Below, in pieces: positions 28,467-38,795 of a stretch of 44,080 nucleotides of DNA (positions are counted from its first letter, which is position 1; every line of letters starts with the position of its first letter). Below the pieces are notes generated by a model. It worked only from the letters and a program-made list of their open reading frames with translations, was not told the DNA's origin and did no database searches. The DNA comes from Polynucleobacter sp. GTDB lineage: Bacteria; Pseudomonadota; Gammaproteobacteria; Burkholderiales; Burkholderiaceae. The translations under genes were made by a program, and so were the position numbers. The stretch covers positions 1-44,080 of the forward strand of contig JBIIGG010000001.1 of assembly GCA_044236575.1 (NCBI GenBank). The letters run 5' to 3'.

Positions 28467-29576
28467 ATGACTAGTCAGCTTCAAACCCCAGCTTCTGAAT
28501 TAGTGCAAGCCTCTCAATCGCCAAAAATACTATTGGTGAAGCTCTCCTCGCTTGGTGATGTGTTGCATAACTTGCCGATCGTGTGGGATTTGCGCAAGCG
28601 CTTACCTCATGCCCAAATCGATTGGATTGTGGAGGAGGGCTACGTAAATCTACTGGAACCCCTCAAAACAACCGAAACATTTAGAGGTATTGATCGCATT
28701 ATTCCGGTTGCCTTTCGGCGCTGGAGAAAAAATCTCCTCTCCATTAAAACCTGGCGTGCATTTTTTGCCATGCGCAAAGTATTGCAAGCTACCACCTACG
28801 ATGTTGTTCTCGAGACGCAAGGCTTACTTAAGTCTGCTTTGGTGTGCGCACTGGCTAAAAAATCAGACAGTGGCATTGTGGCTGGCCTAGGAAATGCGAC
28901 AGAGCATTCAGGCTATGAGCCAATGGCGAGAATGTTTTATACCCAATCGGTTCATGTGCCCATGAAATGCCATGCGATTGATCGTTCGCGCTGGGTAATG
29001 TGCTCAGCGTTTGATTGGCCGCTACTCAATCGTAACGATGAGCCCCCGCGTTTTTACCCTCAGTCGTTTGTGCAGCAGCTGCCCCCACTTCTATTTGAGG
29101 GCTTAAGAAAGCAGCCTAATGGCATGGCTGTGCCGTATGTGGTGTGCTTTCATTCGACCGCTAGGGCAGCCAAGCGCTGGCCCACTGAATGCTGGATTGA
29201 GTTAGGTAAGTTCATCTCGAGCCAGGGCTATCAAGTACTTTTTCCTTGGGGCAGCCCTGAAGAAATGAAAATCAGTGCACTTATAGCTAGCCAAGTTCCT
29301 GGAGCTGTTGTGCCGAGGGCCTTTTCGATTGAAGAGGCTTATCGATTAGTCACACATGCTGCGCTCACTATTGGGGTGGATACGGGATTAACCCATTTAT
29401 CGGCAGTATTAGGCAAGCCCACCGTAGAAATTTATTGCGACTCACCGCGGTGGAAGACGGAAGGGTATTGGAGCCCAGCTATTTCCAATGTAGGAGACTA
29501 TAAAAAGGCCCCAAATCTTGAGGATGTGATTGGGGCAATAAGAGTTGGTAACGGCATTATTTGTAACGAAAGTTAG
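28467..29576 (+). CDS. waaC: Lipopolysaccharide heptosyltransferase I (GT9)
   Basis: ILLVKLSSLGDVLH, IDWIVEE, QGLLKSA, K.WP...W, IGVDTGLTHL. Confidence 0.88.
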   Translation: MTSQLQTPASELVQASQSPKILLVKLSSLGDVLHNLPIVWDLRKRLPHAQIDWIVEEGYVNLLEPLKTTETFRGIDRIIPVAFRRWRKNLLSIKTWRAFFAMRKVLQATTYDVVLETQGLLKSALVCALAKKSDSGIVAGLGNATEHSGYEPMARMFYTQSVHVPMKCHAIDRSRWVMCSAFDWPLLNRNDEPPRFYPQSFVQQLPPLLFEGLRKQPNGMAVPYVVCFHSTARAAKRWPTECWIELGKFISSQGYQVLFPWGSPEEMKISALIASQVPGAVVPRAFSIEEAYRLVTHAALTIGVDTGLTHLSAVLGKPTVEIYCDSPRWKTEGYWSPAISNVGDYKKAPNLEDVIGAIRVGNGIICNES

Positions 29577-29628
29577 ATTTTTAACTATAATTTACAAAAA
29601 TTAGAAATAAACGATTACCATAATTGAT

Positions 29629-30483
29629 ATGACTACATTACGCACCAAGAATCAATTGGATGCTCCTTTGGATGCATTGCATATATATCAGTCATACCAA
29701 CGATCCCCTTATTTATCAGTAAAGCATACAGCGTATTTTCAGGTTTATGAAGAGCTGTTATCCAGGTTTCGTGGAAAACCAATTACATTTGTGGAGATTG
29801 GTGTTTTAAACGGCGGATCATTGTTTATGTGGCGTGACTTCTTTGGGTCGCAAGCGCGCATTATTGGGGTAGATCTAAATCCTTTGGCCAAACGCTGGGA
29901 GCAAGATGGCTTTGAAATTTTCGTTGGTAGCCAAAGTAGCCCTCAATTTTGGGACGAATTCTACGATACGGTGGGTATGGTAGACGTTTTGTTAGATGAT
30001 GGCGGCCACACAAATGAGCAACAAATTGTGACAACATATCATTCCCTTCCATTTATTAGAGACGACGGTCTTTTGATTGTCGAAGATGTCCATGCAAGCT
30101 ATCAAGCTGGCTTTGGCAACCCATCTCACTACTCCTTCATTAATTACGCTAAATTATTTATAGATGGCATTAATGCGCGCTTTCCCGGAGTCGAAGTAAA
30201 GGAAAAAATGTTTCGGGATCTGGTTTACTCAGTTCATTTTTACGATTCAATAGTGAGTTTTAGCGTTGACCGAAAAAAATGCTATGAAAATAGCCCAATA
30301 ACAAACAAAGGACAAACTCTAGATGCGGAGGATTTTTGCCACCATGACAATTTCGCAAGCAATTTAAATCAATACTTATCTGCTATATTTGCAAAGATTC
30401 ATATTAAGTTCAGTATGGGGAAAATACTGCATCTATTTGAAAAGCCGTTTCTAAGAAGGCGACTAAAAAAATACTTTAAATAG
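29629..30483 (+). CDS. Class I SAM-dependent methyltransferase, MycE-like sugar O-methyltransferase motifs
   Basis: FVEIGVLNGGSL.MW, IIGVD, GSQS, LDDGGH, IVEDVHASY. Confidence 0.75.
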   Translation: MTTLRTKNQLDAPLDALHIYQSYQRSPYLSVKHTAYFQVYEELLSRFRGKPITFVEIGVLNGGSLFMWRDFFGSQARIIGVDLNPLAKRWEQDGFEIFVGSQSSPQFWDEFYDTVGMVDVLLDDGGHTNEQQIVTTYHSLPFIRDDGLLIVEDVHASYQAGFGNPSHYSFINYAKLFIDGINARFPGVEVKEKMFRDLVYSVHFYDSIVSFSVDRKKCYENSPITNKGQTLDAEDFCHHDNFASNLNQYLSAIFAKIHIKFSMGKILHLFEKPFLRRRLKKYFK

Positions 30484-30566
30484 ATGCCTTTCGGGGCGTA
30501 TATAGAAGGTATCTGCACAAAACTACTACTCGCTCTAATTAGAGCAGGAAGAAATACCCTAGCGAA

Positions 30567-30624
30567 TTATTCAATGCATAAATTTATTGTTCCAATTGCT
30601 GTTGTTAGCATATGCATTGAATAA
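30567..30624. repeat. 14-bp perfect inverted repeat between convergent methyltransferase genes
   Basis: TTATTCAATGCATA (30567-30580) / TATGCATTGAATAA (30611-30624). Confidence 0.7.
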
Positions 30625-30698
30625 ATTCTATAAGCATGTGTTATTGGACAAATTAAGATGACGCCCGGTATCTTTGTAAATTAACTGGGGAAGATGCC

Positions 30699-31277
30699 TC
30701 ATAAACTTCTAGGCATTTTTTGTAAAACGCTAACTAAGTGAGGGATTTTGATGTGCTGGCTAATGACTTTGAAGGATCCATTAAAGCCATACATTTCCGC
30801 TCCTCTGTGCGCATCATCAAAATATGCTGTAAATGTTTCATGCGTAATTACATTAACGTGCGTTGGATCTCTATAAATCTCTGAGTAGGGGTAAACCGGT
30901 GTGTGGGAAAGAAAATAGCCATTTGGCTTCAAGGTCCGCCAAACCTCGTTCATGAGCTCCACAAAGGGAAATCGTCGATTGGGGGCATAGATAACCCTTG
31001 GGATATGCTCCAGGATGTCGAATGCAGTAATGTAATCAAATGCGTTGTCTTCAAACGGGATTGGCTCAAGACTTAGGTCTGCGCATTTAATGCTGCTAGA
31101 AGCGTTCTCGCGAACATCAATACCGTAGGCACGCTCAGCATGAAATGGATTACGCGGGGTTAAGCCACACCCCAAATCCAGTGCCATAGTTCCCCGGGAA
31201 TCAGCATTTCTGTCGATCAGCCCAGCCAAACAAGCATCAACCGACTTCACGTTAGGTAAATCAATCAAGGAGCCCAT
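30699..31277 (-). CDS. Class I SAM-dependent methyltransferase (Methyltransf_11-like); start 31277 or 31337
   Basis: LDLGCG, IPFEDNAFDYI.AFDILEHI, EVWRTLKPNG, DPTHV. Confidence 0.85.
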   Translation of the reverse strand: MGSLIDLPNVKSVDACLAGLIDRNADSRGTMALDLGCGLTPRNPFHAERAYGIDVRENASSSIKCADLSLEPIPFEDNAFDYITAFDILEHIPRVIYAPNRRFPFVELMNEVWRTLKPNGYFLSHTPVYPYSEIYRDPTHVNVITHETFTAYFDDAHRGAEMYGFNGSFKVISQHIKIPHLVSVLQKMPRSL

Positions 31278-31447
31278 TGATTTGCGGCCTATGGTGTAGA
31301 CCTTAAAAAAACGGAAAAATTTGTAAATGGGACTCATTGATCGTAATTATTCTTTCAAAAACAGTCCGCTTAAAAGAAGCGAATGTTGTAAGCGCTCATA
31401 TTAATGCAATTTGGCGCACCACCACCCAGTTTGTTAAGATTTGGGTC

Positions 31448-32941
31448 ATGAAGCCTTTAGTTATTCCAGTCATTCTGTGTGGCGGCTCCGGTACTAGGCT
31501 TTGGCCTTTATCTCGGGCTGGATTTCCGAAGCAGTTTTTGGCGCTATCCGGCAATTTGGATAAAAAAACCCTGTTTCAGGAAGCGGTCGAACGACTCAAC
31601 CAATTTGACTCTGAATCCATCAATCTCGGTAGCACTTTGATTGTGACCAATGAAGACCATCGCTTTTTGGTGCTGGATCAATTACGTGAGAAGGATGGGA
31701 TTAATGCAACTTTGTTATTAGAGCCTGCTGGCCGTAATACTGCCCCAGCGCTGACATTAGCTGCACTCTATGCATCTAAAGGCAGCATCGATGCGAATCA
31801 TGATCCGATCTTGGTCATTGCTCCCGCAGACCAAACTATTCAAAATAGCGAAGCATTTATAAGGGCCTTGCAGAGCTGTATCTCAGTTGTTGCAGGCGAT
31901 GCCAGCAATAAAACGATTGCCATTTTAGGCATTACACCAACCGCACCAGAGACGGGCTATGGCTATATTAAGCGAGCCGACAATAAAGGAAGTTTCGCTG
32001 AATACACCGTCGAGCAGTTTGCAGAAAAGCCCAATTTAGAAACTGCCATGGCCTATCTAGAAGAAGGAAGCTACTTTTGGAATGGCGGTATGTTTGTGCT
32101 GCGCGCTAGTACCTGGCTAGCTGCACTAAAGGAATTTCGCCCTGATATTTTGGATGCCACTCAGAAAGCATGGGATCACAAGACCGAAGACCAAGCAGAC
32201 GGCACACCCTTTGTGCGACCCAACGCAGCATTTTTTGGCAGCATTCCGAGCGAGTCGATTGACTACGCTGTAATTGAAAAGTGCCCTGGTAGTCAATATC
32301 AGGTCAAGATGGTGGAGCTCGATGCAGGCTGGAACGATCTAGGTGCGTGGGATGCAGTCTGGCAAGTTGGTCAAAAAGATGCTGAAGGGAATGTCACTTC
32401 GGGCGATGCTTTACTCGCCAATACCAAGAGCTCCTTAGTACATGCTAGCAGCCGTTTGGTAAGCGTCGTTGGCGTTGAAGATCTCATCGTTGTTGAAACA
32501 GCCGATGCGGTTTTAGTAGCCGACAGAAAGAATAGCCAAAATGTTAAAAGTATCGTGAGTCAGCTGGAATCGCAGCGGCGTGAAGAAAAGAATTTACACC
32601 GCAAAGTAGCCCGACCCTGGGGTTGGTACGATAGTGTGGATGAGGGCGAGCGATTTAAGGTGAAACGCATACAAGTTAAGCCGGGCGGTAGCCTATCGCT
32701 GCAAATGCACCGCCACCGCGCTGAGCATTGGGTTGTGGTTAAAGGGATCGCTGAAATTACTAATGGCGATCAGGTCATTACGCTTACTGAAAATCAAAGT
32801 ACCTACATTCCGCAAGGACAAACTCATCGCTTAGCTAACCCCGGCAAGACGCCTTTAGAAATCATAGAGGTACAGTCGGGTAGCTATTTAGGGGAAGACG
32901 ATATTGTGCGTTTTGAGGATAGCTATGGAAGGATGAGCTAG
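31448..32941 (+). CDS. manC: Mannose-1-phosphate guanylyltransferase / mannose-6-phosphate isomerase
   Basis: PVILCGGSGTRLWPLSR..FPKQF, EPAGRNTAPA, SIDYAV.EK, GWNDLGAW, cupin RPWG..LSLQMH.HRAEHWVVV. Confidence 0.97.
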   Translation: MKPLVIPVILCGGSGTRLWPLSRAGFPKQFLALSGNLDKKTLFQEAVERLNQFDSESINLGSTLIVTNEDHRFLVLDQLREKDGINATLLLEPAGRNTAPALTLAALYASKGSIDANHDPILVIAPADQTIQNSEAFIRALQSCISVVAGDASNKTIAILGITPTAPETGYGYIKRADNKGSFAEYTVEQFAEKPNLETAMAYLEEGSYFWNGGMFVLRASTWLAALKEFRPDILDATQKAWDHKTEDQADGTPFVRPNAAFFGSIPSESIDYAVIEKCPGSQYQVKMVELDAGWNDLGAWDAVWQVGQKDAEGNVTSGDALLANTKSSLVHASSRLVSVVGVEDLIVVETADAVLVADRKNSQNVKSIVSQLESQRREEKNLHRKVARPWGWYDSVDEGERFKVKRIQVKPGGSLSLQMHRHRAEHWVVVKGIAEITNGDQVITLTENQSTYIPQGQTHRLANPGKTPLEIIEVQSGSYLGEDDIVRFEDSYGRMS

Positions 32942-33075
32942 AAACAACGATTATGGTTCAAATAACAGGTTCGGATTTAGGGTTCATGCACACAATAAAT
33001 GTGGTCTTATGCCCCCGTTGGGGTGATACTATTGCCATTATTCATTCCCATTAATCGAAACATATTAGATTTCTT

Positions 33076-34341
33076 ATGCAATTAAAAGACTCAGATCAAG
33101 CGCAATTACTTATGAAGGCTGATGAAAGCGAGATATCCCTTTCTGACATTGTCGAGTTTATACAGGAAAGCTGGAAGCCGCTACTAGCCGCTGGCATTGT
33201 TGGCGCTACCTTGGGTTTTGGTGCCTGGTCTTTTTTTGGGAGTTACAAGGCGGAATTAATCTTGCTTAATAACACCAACACCAACACCAACACCAACACC
33301 AACACCAACACCAACACCAACACCAACACCAACACCAACACCAACACCAACACCAACACCAACACCTACGGATTAGATTTAGTAACTTGGCGTACTTTAC
33401 AAAAGAGCTTGCCTAACTTAGCTTCTCAGATGCGTGCAGATGAGAGGCTAAGTTCTGATGCGAAGGCAATGTATCGTCAAATGGACAATGCCGCGTGGTG
33501 GTCTAAAGGCGTTGTTCCCACCTATGCTATCTCTAAAGCTGACGTAAAAGATTTAGCTGGTATCAGTAAAGGGCTGGATGCCGCAAGTACCACCATATTG
33601 GCGCTTAATATTTATACTGGCGGGGGTGATAGTGAGAGCTCACTCAATAATGCGCGTTTAGCTGCTAAATTTATTAAATCAGGCGGCGCTTATCTCCAAG
33701 TTAAAAGCGTGTTAAACGCACATGAAGGTGAAGCTATTGGCACGGCAGCCGATATTCAAAATCAAATCACCGCCACTGAAATTGAACAGATTTACCTTAA
33801 AGAACGTGTCAAGAGTTTAGAGGAGCTACATAAACGCTTTCCGGGCAACACGGGAGCAAATCAACAGGTGGTTGATCCTAAGGACTCAGGCGCCAAATAC
33901 CTGCCTATCACCACCCAAATCATTGCAGTAAACAATGACATCAATCAGAATAAAGAGAACTTAATTCGTTTGAACGATCGCCTCAATCAAATTGTCTTAA
34001 TGAAACAGTTTTTAGTAGAAGCTTTGCCCCTAGCTAATACTGAACTGGATGGTATTTTGCTCTCCAAATCCTTACTCAGCATTGAAGACAAACTCCGCAA
34101 AGGTTTACCTACGGCCGATATTAAAAATAGGCAGGCTCTAGATCAGCTGCGCAGTCAACTTCTAACTATTGAGGCCCGCTTTACTAAGGGTTTAGAGGCC
34201 AACACCGCTCCAGTGACCAAAAAGACCGGGATGCTCAAAGCCATAGCGGGAGGGCTTGTGGGCCTTGGGTTCTTAATGCTGGTATTTTTGTTGGGTAGAA
34301 AAGTTTTTGGCAGCTTAAAAAGGGCTGGTTCCACAACTTAG
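33076..34341 (+). CDS. Wzz-like polysaccharide co-polymerase / chain-length regulator
   Basis: EISLSDIV N-terminal motif, TM helix at each end, long helical periplasmic region; heads an O-antigen cluster. Confidence 0.7.
   Translation: MQLKDSDQAQLLMKADESEISLSDIVEFIQESWKPLLAAGIVGATLGFGAWSFFGSYKAELILLNNTNTNTNTNTNTNTNTNTNTNTNTNTNTNTNTYGLDLVTWRTLQKSLPNLASQMRADERLSSDAKAMYRQMDNAAWWSKGVVPTYAISKADVKDLAGISKGLDAASTTILALNIYTGGGDSESSLNNARLAAKFIKSGGAYLQVKSVLNAHEGEAIGTAADIQNQITATEIEQIYLKERVKSLEELHKRFPGNTGANQQVVDPKDSGAKYLPITTQIIAVNNDINQNKENLIRLNDRLNQIVLMKQFLVEALPLANTELDGILLSKSLLSIEDKLRKGLPTADIKNRQALDQLRSQLLTIEARFTKGLEANTAPVTKKTGMLKAIAGGLVGLGFLMLVFLLGRKVFGSLKRAGSTT
33271..33366 (+). repeat. Perfect in-frame hexanucleotide microsatellite (AACACC)16 encoding (Asn-Thr)16
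   Basis: 96 nt counted directly. Confidence 0.98.
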
Positions 34342-34656
34342 CAAACACTAATTGATGTTATGCAGGATTTTTAGTTCGATTGATGATTTATCGCCTTATC
34401 AATTCTTGGCTATAGTTTGCTTCGGAATTTACATCATGCTGAAAATGGTTGAAAAAATCGCACTTTTAAACTTACAGACCTAAAAATCCACATAATTTAT
34501 AAATAACTGCCTTTTAAAAGTAAAATTAATGCCTTAAGAGCTTTATATAAATTTTATGTTTATTTAATTTAAGACTGTCACTTTGAATTAGGGGTGAAAA
34601 TTATAGTTTTGCCATATACTATTTAATTAAGCCCATCATAATAGCCACTTCTTTAA

Positions 34657-35961
34657 ATGAAACCCTTTAATACAACAAAAAAACTCGCAATTATTGGCTT
34701 AGGCTACGTTGGACTACCTTTGGCTGTTGAGTTCGGCAAAAAATATTCAGTGATTGGTTTTGATGTTAATCAAGCGCGTATCACCGAGTTGAAATCTGGG
34801 GTTGATCGTACCCTCGAGGTGGATGAAAGTGAGTTAGGTCTAGCTACTGGTTTGAGTTACTCCTCAAACTCTTTAGATATTGCGGACGCACAAATTTTTA
34901 TTGTCACGGTTCCGACTCCGATCGATACTGCAAACCGCCCTGATTTAGCACCGTTAATTAAGGCAAGCCAGACAGTTGGGGCTGTGCTGAAAAGGGGCGA
35001 TATTGTTGTTTATGAATCTACCGTCTATCCCGGTTGCACTGAAGAGATTTGCGTGCCAGTCCTGGAGGCGGTTTCTGGTTTGAAATTTAATACCGACTTT
35101 TTTTGCGGTTACAGTCCCGAGCGTATTAATCCAGGCGACAAAGTCAATACGCTAACCAAAATAAAAAAAATTACAAGCGGATCTAATCAAGGCGTATCAA
35201 AAGAAGTGGATGACTTGTATTCAAGCATTATTACGGCAGGCACTTATCCAGCCACGAGCATTATGGTTGCCGAAGCCGCAAAAGTAATAGAGAATAGCCA
35301 GCGCGATTTAAATATTGCCTTCGTAAACGAACTTTCTGTCATATTTGAGCGTCTTGGTATCGATACACTTGATGTTCTCGATGCGGCAGGAAGTAAGTGG
35401 AATTTCCTGCCATTTCGTCCCGGCATGGTTGGCGGGCACTGTATCGGCGTTGATCCATATTACCTTACGCACAAGGCCGAAGAGCTGGGCTACCATCCAC
35501 AAGTTATCTTGGCCGGAAGGCGCATAAATGATGAGATGGCAACTTACGCAGCAAGCGCCATAGTTAAGCGAATGCTGCAAAATGGTGTTAATGTGGCTCA
35601 AAGTACAGTGGGCATAATGGGTATCACCTTTAAAGAAAACTGTCCTGATATTCGCAATAGCAAGGTTGCAGATCTGGCGAAGGCGCTGCAGGATTGGGGG
35701 GTAAAGGTGGTTGTTACTGATCCATGGGCTGATGCGGCTGAAGTGAATCACGAATACGGCATTGCTCTTGGCAATATCAATCCTTCACAGCCGGTTGACA
35801 GCCTAATTGTGGCAGTTGGACATGAAGAATTTCGCTCTCTCAGCCCTGATACGCTTTTAAGTTATTGCAAGTCTGAGCACAAGCCCGTCATTGCCGATCT
35901 CAAAAGCTTATTTAATCGACATGAGCTTGCCGATGCTGGCTTTACTGTTTTCCGTCTATAG
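34657..35961 (+). CDS. UDP-N-acetylhexosamine 6-dehydrogenase (TviB/WbpO-like)
   Basis: GLGYVGLPLA, YESTVYPG, YSPERINPGD, AKVIENSQRD, GGHCIGVDPYYL, FKENCPDIRNSK. Confidence 0.92.
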   Translation: MKPFNTTKKLAIIGLGYVGLPLAVEFGKKYSVIGFDVNQARITELKSGVDRTLEVDESELGLATGLSYSSNSLDIADAQIFIVTVPTPIDTANRPDLAPLIKASQTVGAVLKRGDIVVYESTVYPGCTEEICVPVLEAVSGLKFNTDFFCGYSPERINPGDKVNTLTKIKKITSGSNQGVSKEVDDLYSSIITAGTYPATSIMVAEAAKVIENSQRDLNIAFVNELSVIFERLGIDTLDVLDAAGSKWNFLPFRPGMVGGHCIGVDPYYLTHKAEELGYHPQVILAGRRINDEMATYAASAIVKRMLQNGVNVAQSTVGIMGITFKENCPDIRNSKVADLAKALQDWGVKVVVTDPWADAAEVNHEYGIALGNINPSQPVDSLIVAVGHEEFRSLSPDTLLSYCKSEHKPVIADLKSLFNRHELADAGFTVFRL

Positions 35962-37502
<1,541 letters not shown>

Positions 37503-37503
37503 T

Positions 37504-38586
37504 ATGGAATTTATAGATCTTAAATCTCAGTATCTGCGCTTAAAAACAGAGATTGATGCTGGTATTCTGGGCGTACTTAACCACGGCCAATACATCCTTG
37601 GGCCTGAAGTGACTGAATTAGAAGAAAAGCTTGCCGCCTATACAGGCGCCAAGTATTGCATCACGGTTGCAAATGCAACCGACGCCTTACAAATAGCCCA
37701 GATGGCTTTGGGTATTGGCCCTGATGACGAGGTTATTACTCCCGGATTTACATATATTGCTACTGCTGAGACAGTAGCATTGCTGGGAGCTAAGCCCGTA
37801 TATGTTGACATCGATCCCCGTACCTACAACATAAATCCTGCTTTATTGGAGGCCGCTATCACTCCGCGCACTAAAGCCATAGTCCCAGTTAGCCTCTTTG
37901 GCCAATGCGCTGATTTTGATGCCATTAACAGTATTGCAGCAAAATATAACATTCCAGTTATTGAAGATGCTGCTCAAAGTTTTGGTGCTACCTATAAAGG
38001 CCATAAGAGTTGTAATCTCAGTACGATCGCTTGTACTAGCTTTTTTCCAACCAAGCCACTGGGTTGCTACGGTGACGGTGGTGCCATATTCACCAATAAT
38101 GATGAGTTAGCAAAAGTTATGCGACAAATTGCTCGTCATGGCCAAGATCGTAAGTACCACCACATACGTGTTGGCGTTAATAGTCGGTTGGACACAATTC
38201 AGGCTGCCATTTTGTTGCCAAAGCTGGCAATTTTGGATGAAGAAATTGACATGAAGCATCAATTAGCTAATCGTTATACAGAGTTGCTCAATAACGCTGG
38301 CGTCATATCAACACCTTTTATCGAGAAGCACAACCAAAGCGCTTGGGCTCAGTACACGATCCAAATTTCAAATCGAGAAGCTGTTCAAGAGAAATTAAAA
38401 GCTGCTGGTATTCCCACGGTAGTGTATTACCCGGCCCCATTGAATAAGCAGCCTGCAGTAGCAGATGATTCTGTTCAATTACCGATGGGAGATCAGGTTG
38501 CTGAGCGAGTGATGAGTTTGCCAATGAGCTCAGGATTGGCGTCTTCTGATTTGGCAAGAATTGCAGAACTTATAAATACGCACTGA
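37504..38586 (+). CDS. wbpE: DegT/DnrJ aminotransferase, WbpE/WlbC-like
   Basis: EFIDLK.QY, YILGPEV, EDAAQSFGA, TSFFPTKPLGCYGDGG, GVNSRLD. Confidence 0.92.
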   Translation: MEFIDLKSQYLRLKTEIDAGILGVLNHGQYILGPEVTELEEKLAAYTGAKYCITVANATDALQIAQMALGIGPDDEVITPGFTYIATAETVALLGAKPVYVDIDPRTYNINPALLEAAITPRTKAIVPVSLFGQCADFDAINSIAAKYNIPVIEDAAQSFGATYKGHKSCNLSTIACTSFFPTKPLGCYGDGGAIFTNNDELAKVMRQIARHGQDRKYHHIRVGVNSRLDTIQAAILLPKLAILDEEIDMKHQLANRYTELLNNAGVISTPFIEKHNQSAWAQYTIQISNREAVQEKLKAAGIPTVVYYPAPLNKQPAVADDSVQLPMGDQVAERVMSLPMSSGLASSDLARIAELINTH

Positions 38587-38795
38587 ACATATCATCCGAC
38601 TATTTTAGTGGCTTAAATGATAATTCTCGTTCTACTGCCTACCTTTAGTCAGCAAGGGTTCTTGCAGTTGTTACCCCCATTAAAGTCCACGTCCTATGCT
38701 GAGATAGATAGAGGTACTACTGTGGACTTAGCAATTAATCAAGCAAGAAGATATTGTTTAAGTGCGCCTGGTCAATTTTAAGTGGGGCTGATTTG

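Noticed and set aside
31337-31447. Extended N-termini in the ORF track (manC from 31337; also apaH 7431, waaC 28425, rfbC 27807)
   Set aside because: Family homology begins at downstream ATGs; extensions come from longest-ORF calling
32684-32695. ops-like GGCGGTAG upstream of the wzz-wbp genes
   Set aside because: Lies inside manC coding for the conserved PGGSLSLQ segment; no JUMPstart context and imperfect 3' match
33271-33366. Possible CRISPR array
   Set aside because: Simple hexamer tandem repeat without spacers; no cas genes in the window
34342-34656. AT-rich 315-nt intergenic region as a possible sRNA
   Set aside because: No convincing stem-loop or terminator; most simply the promoter region of the wbp genes
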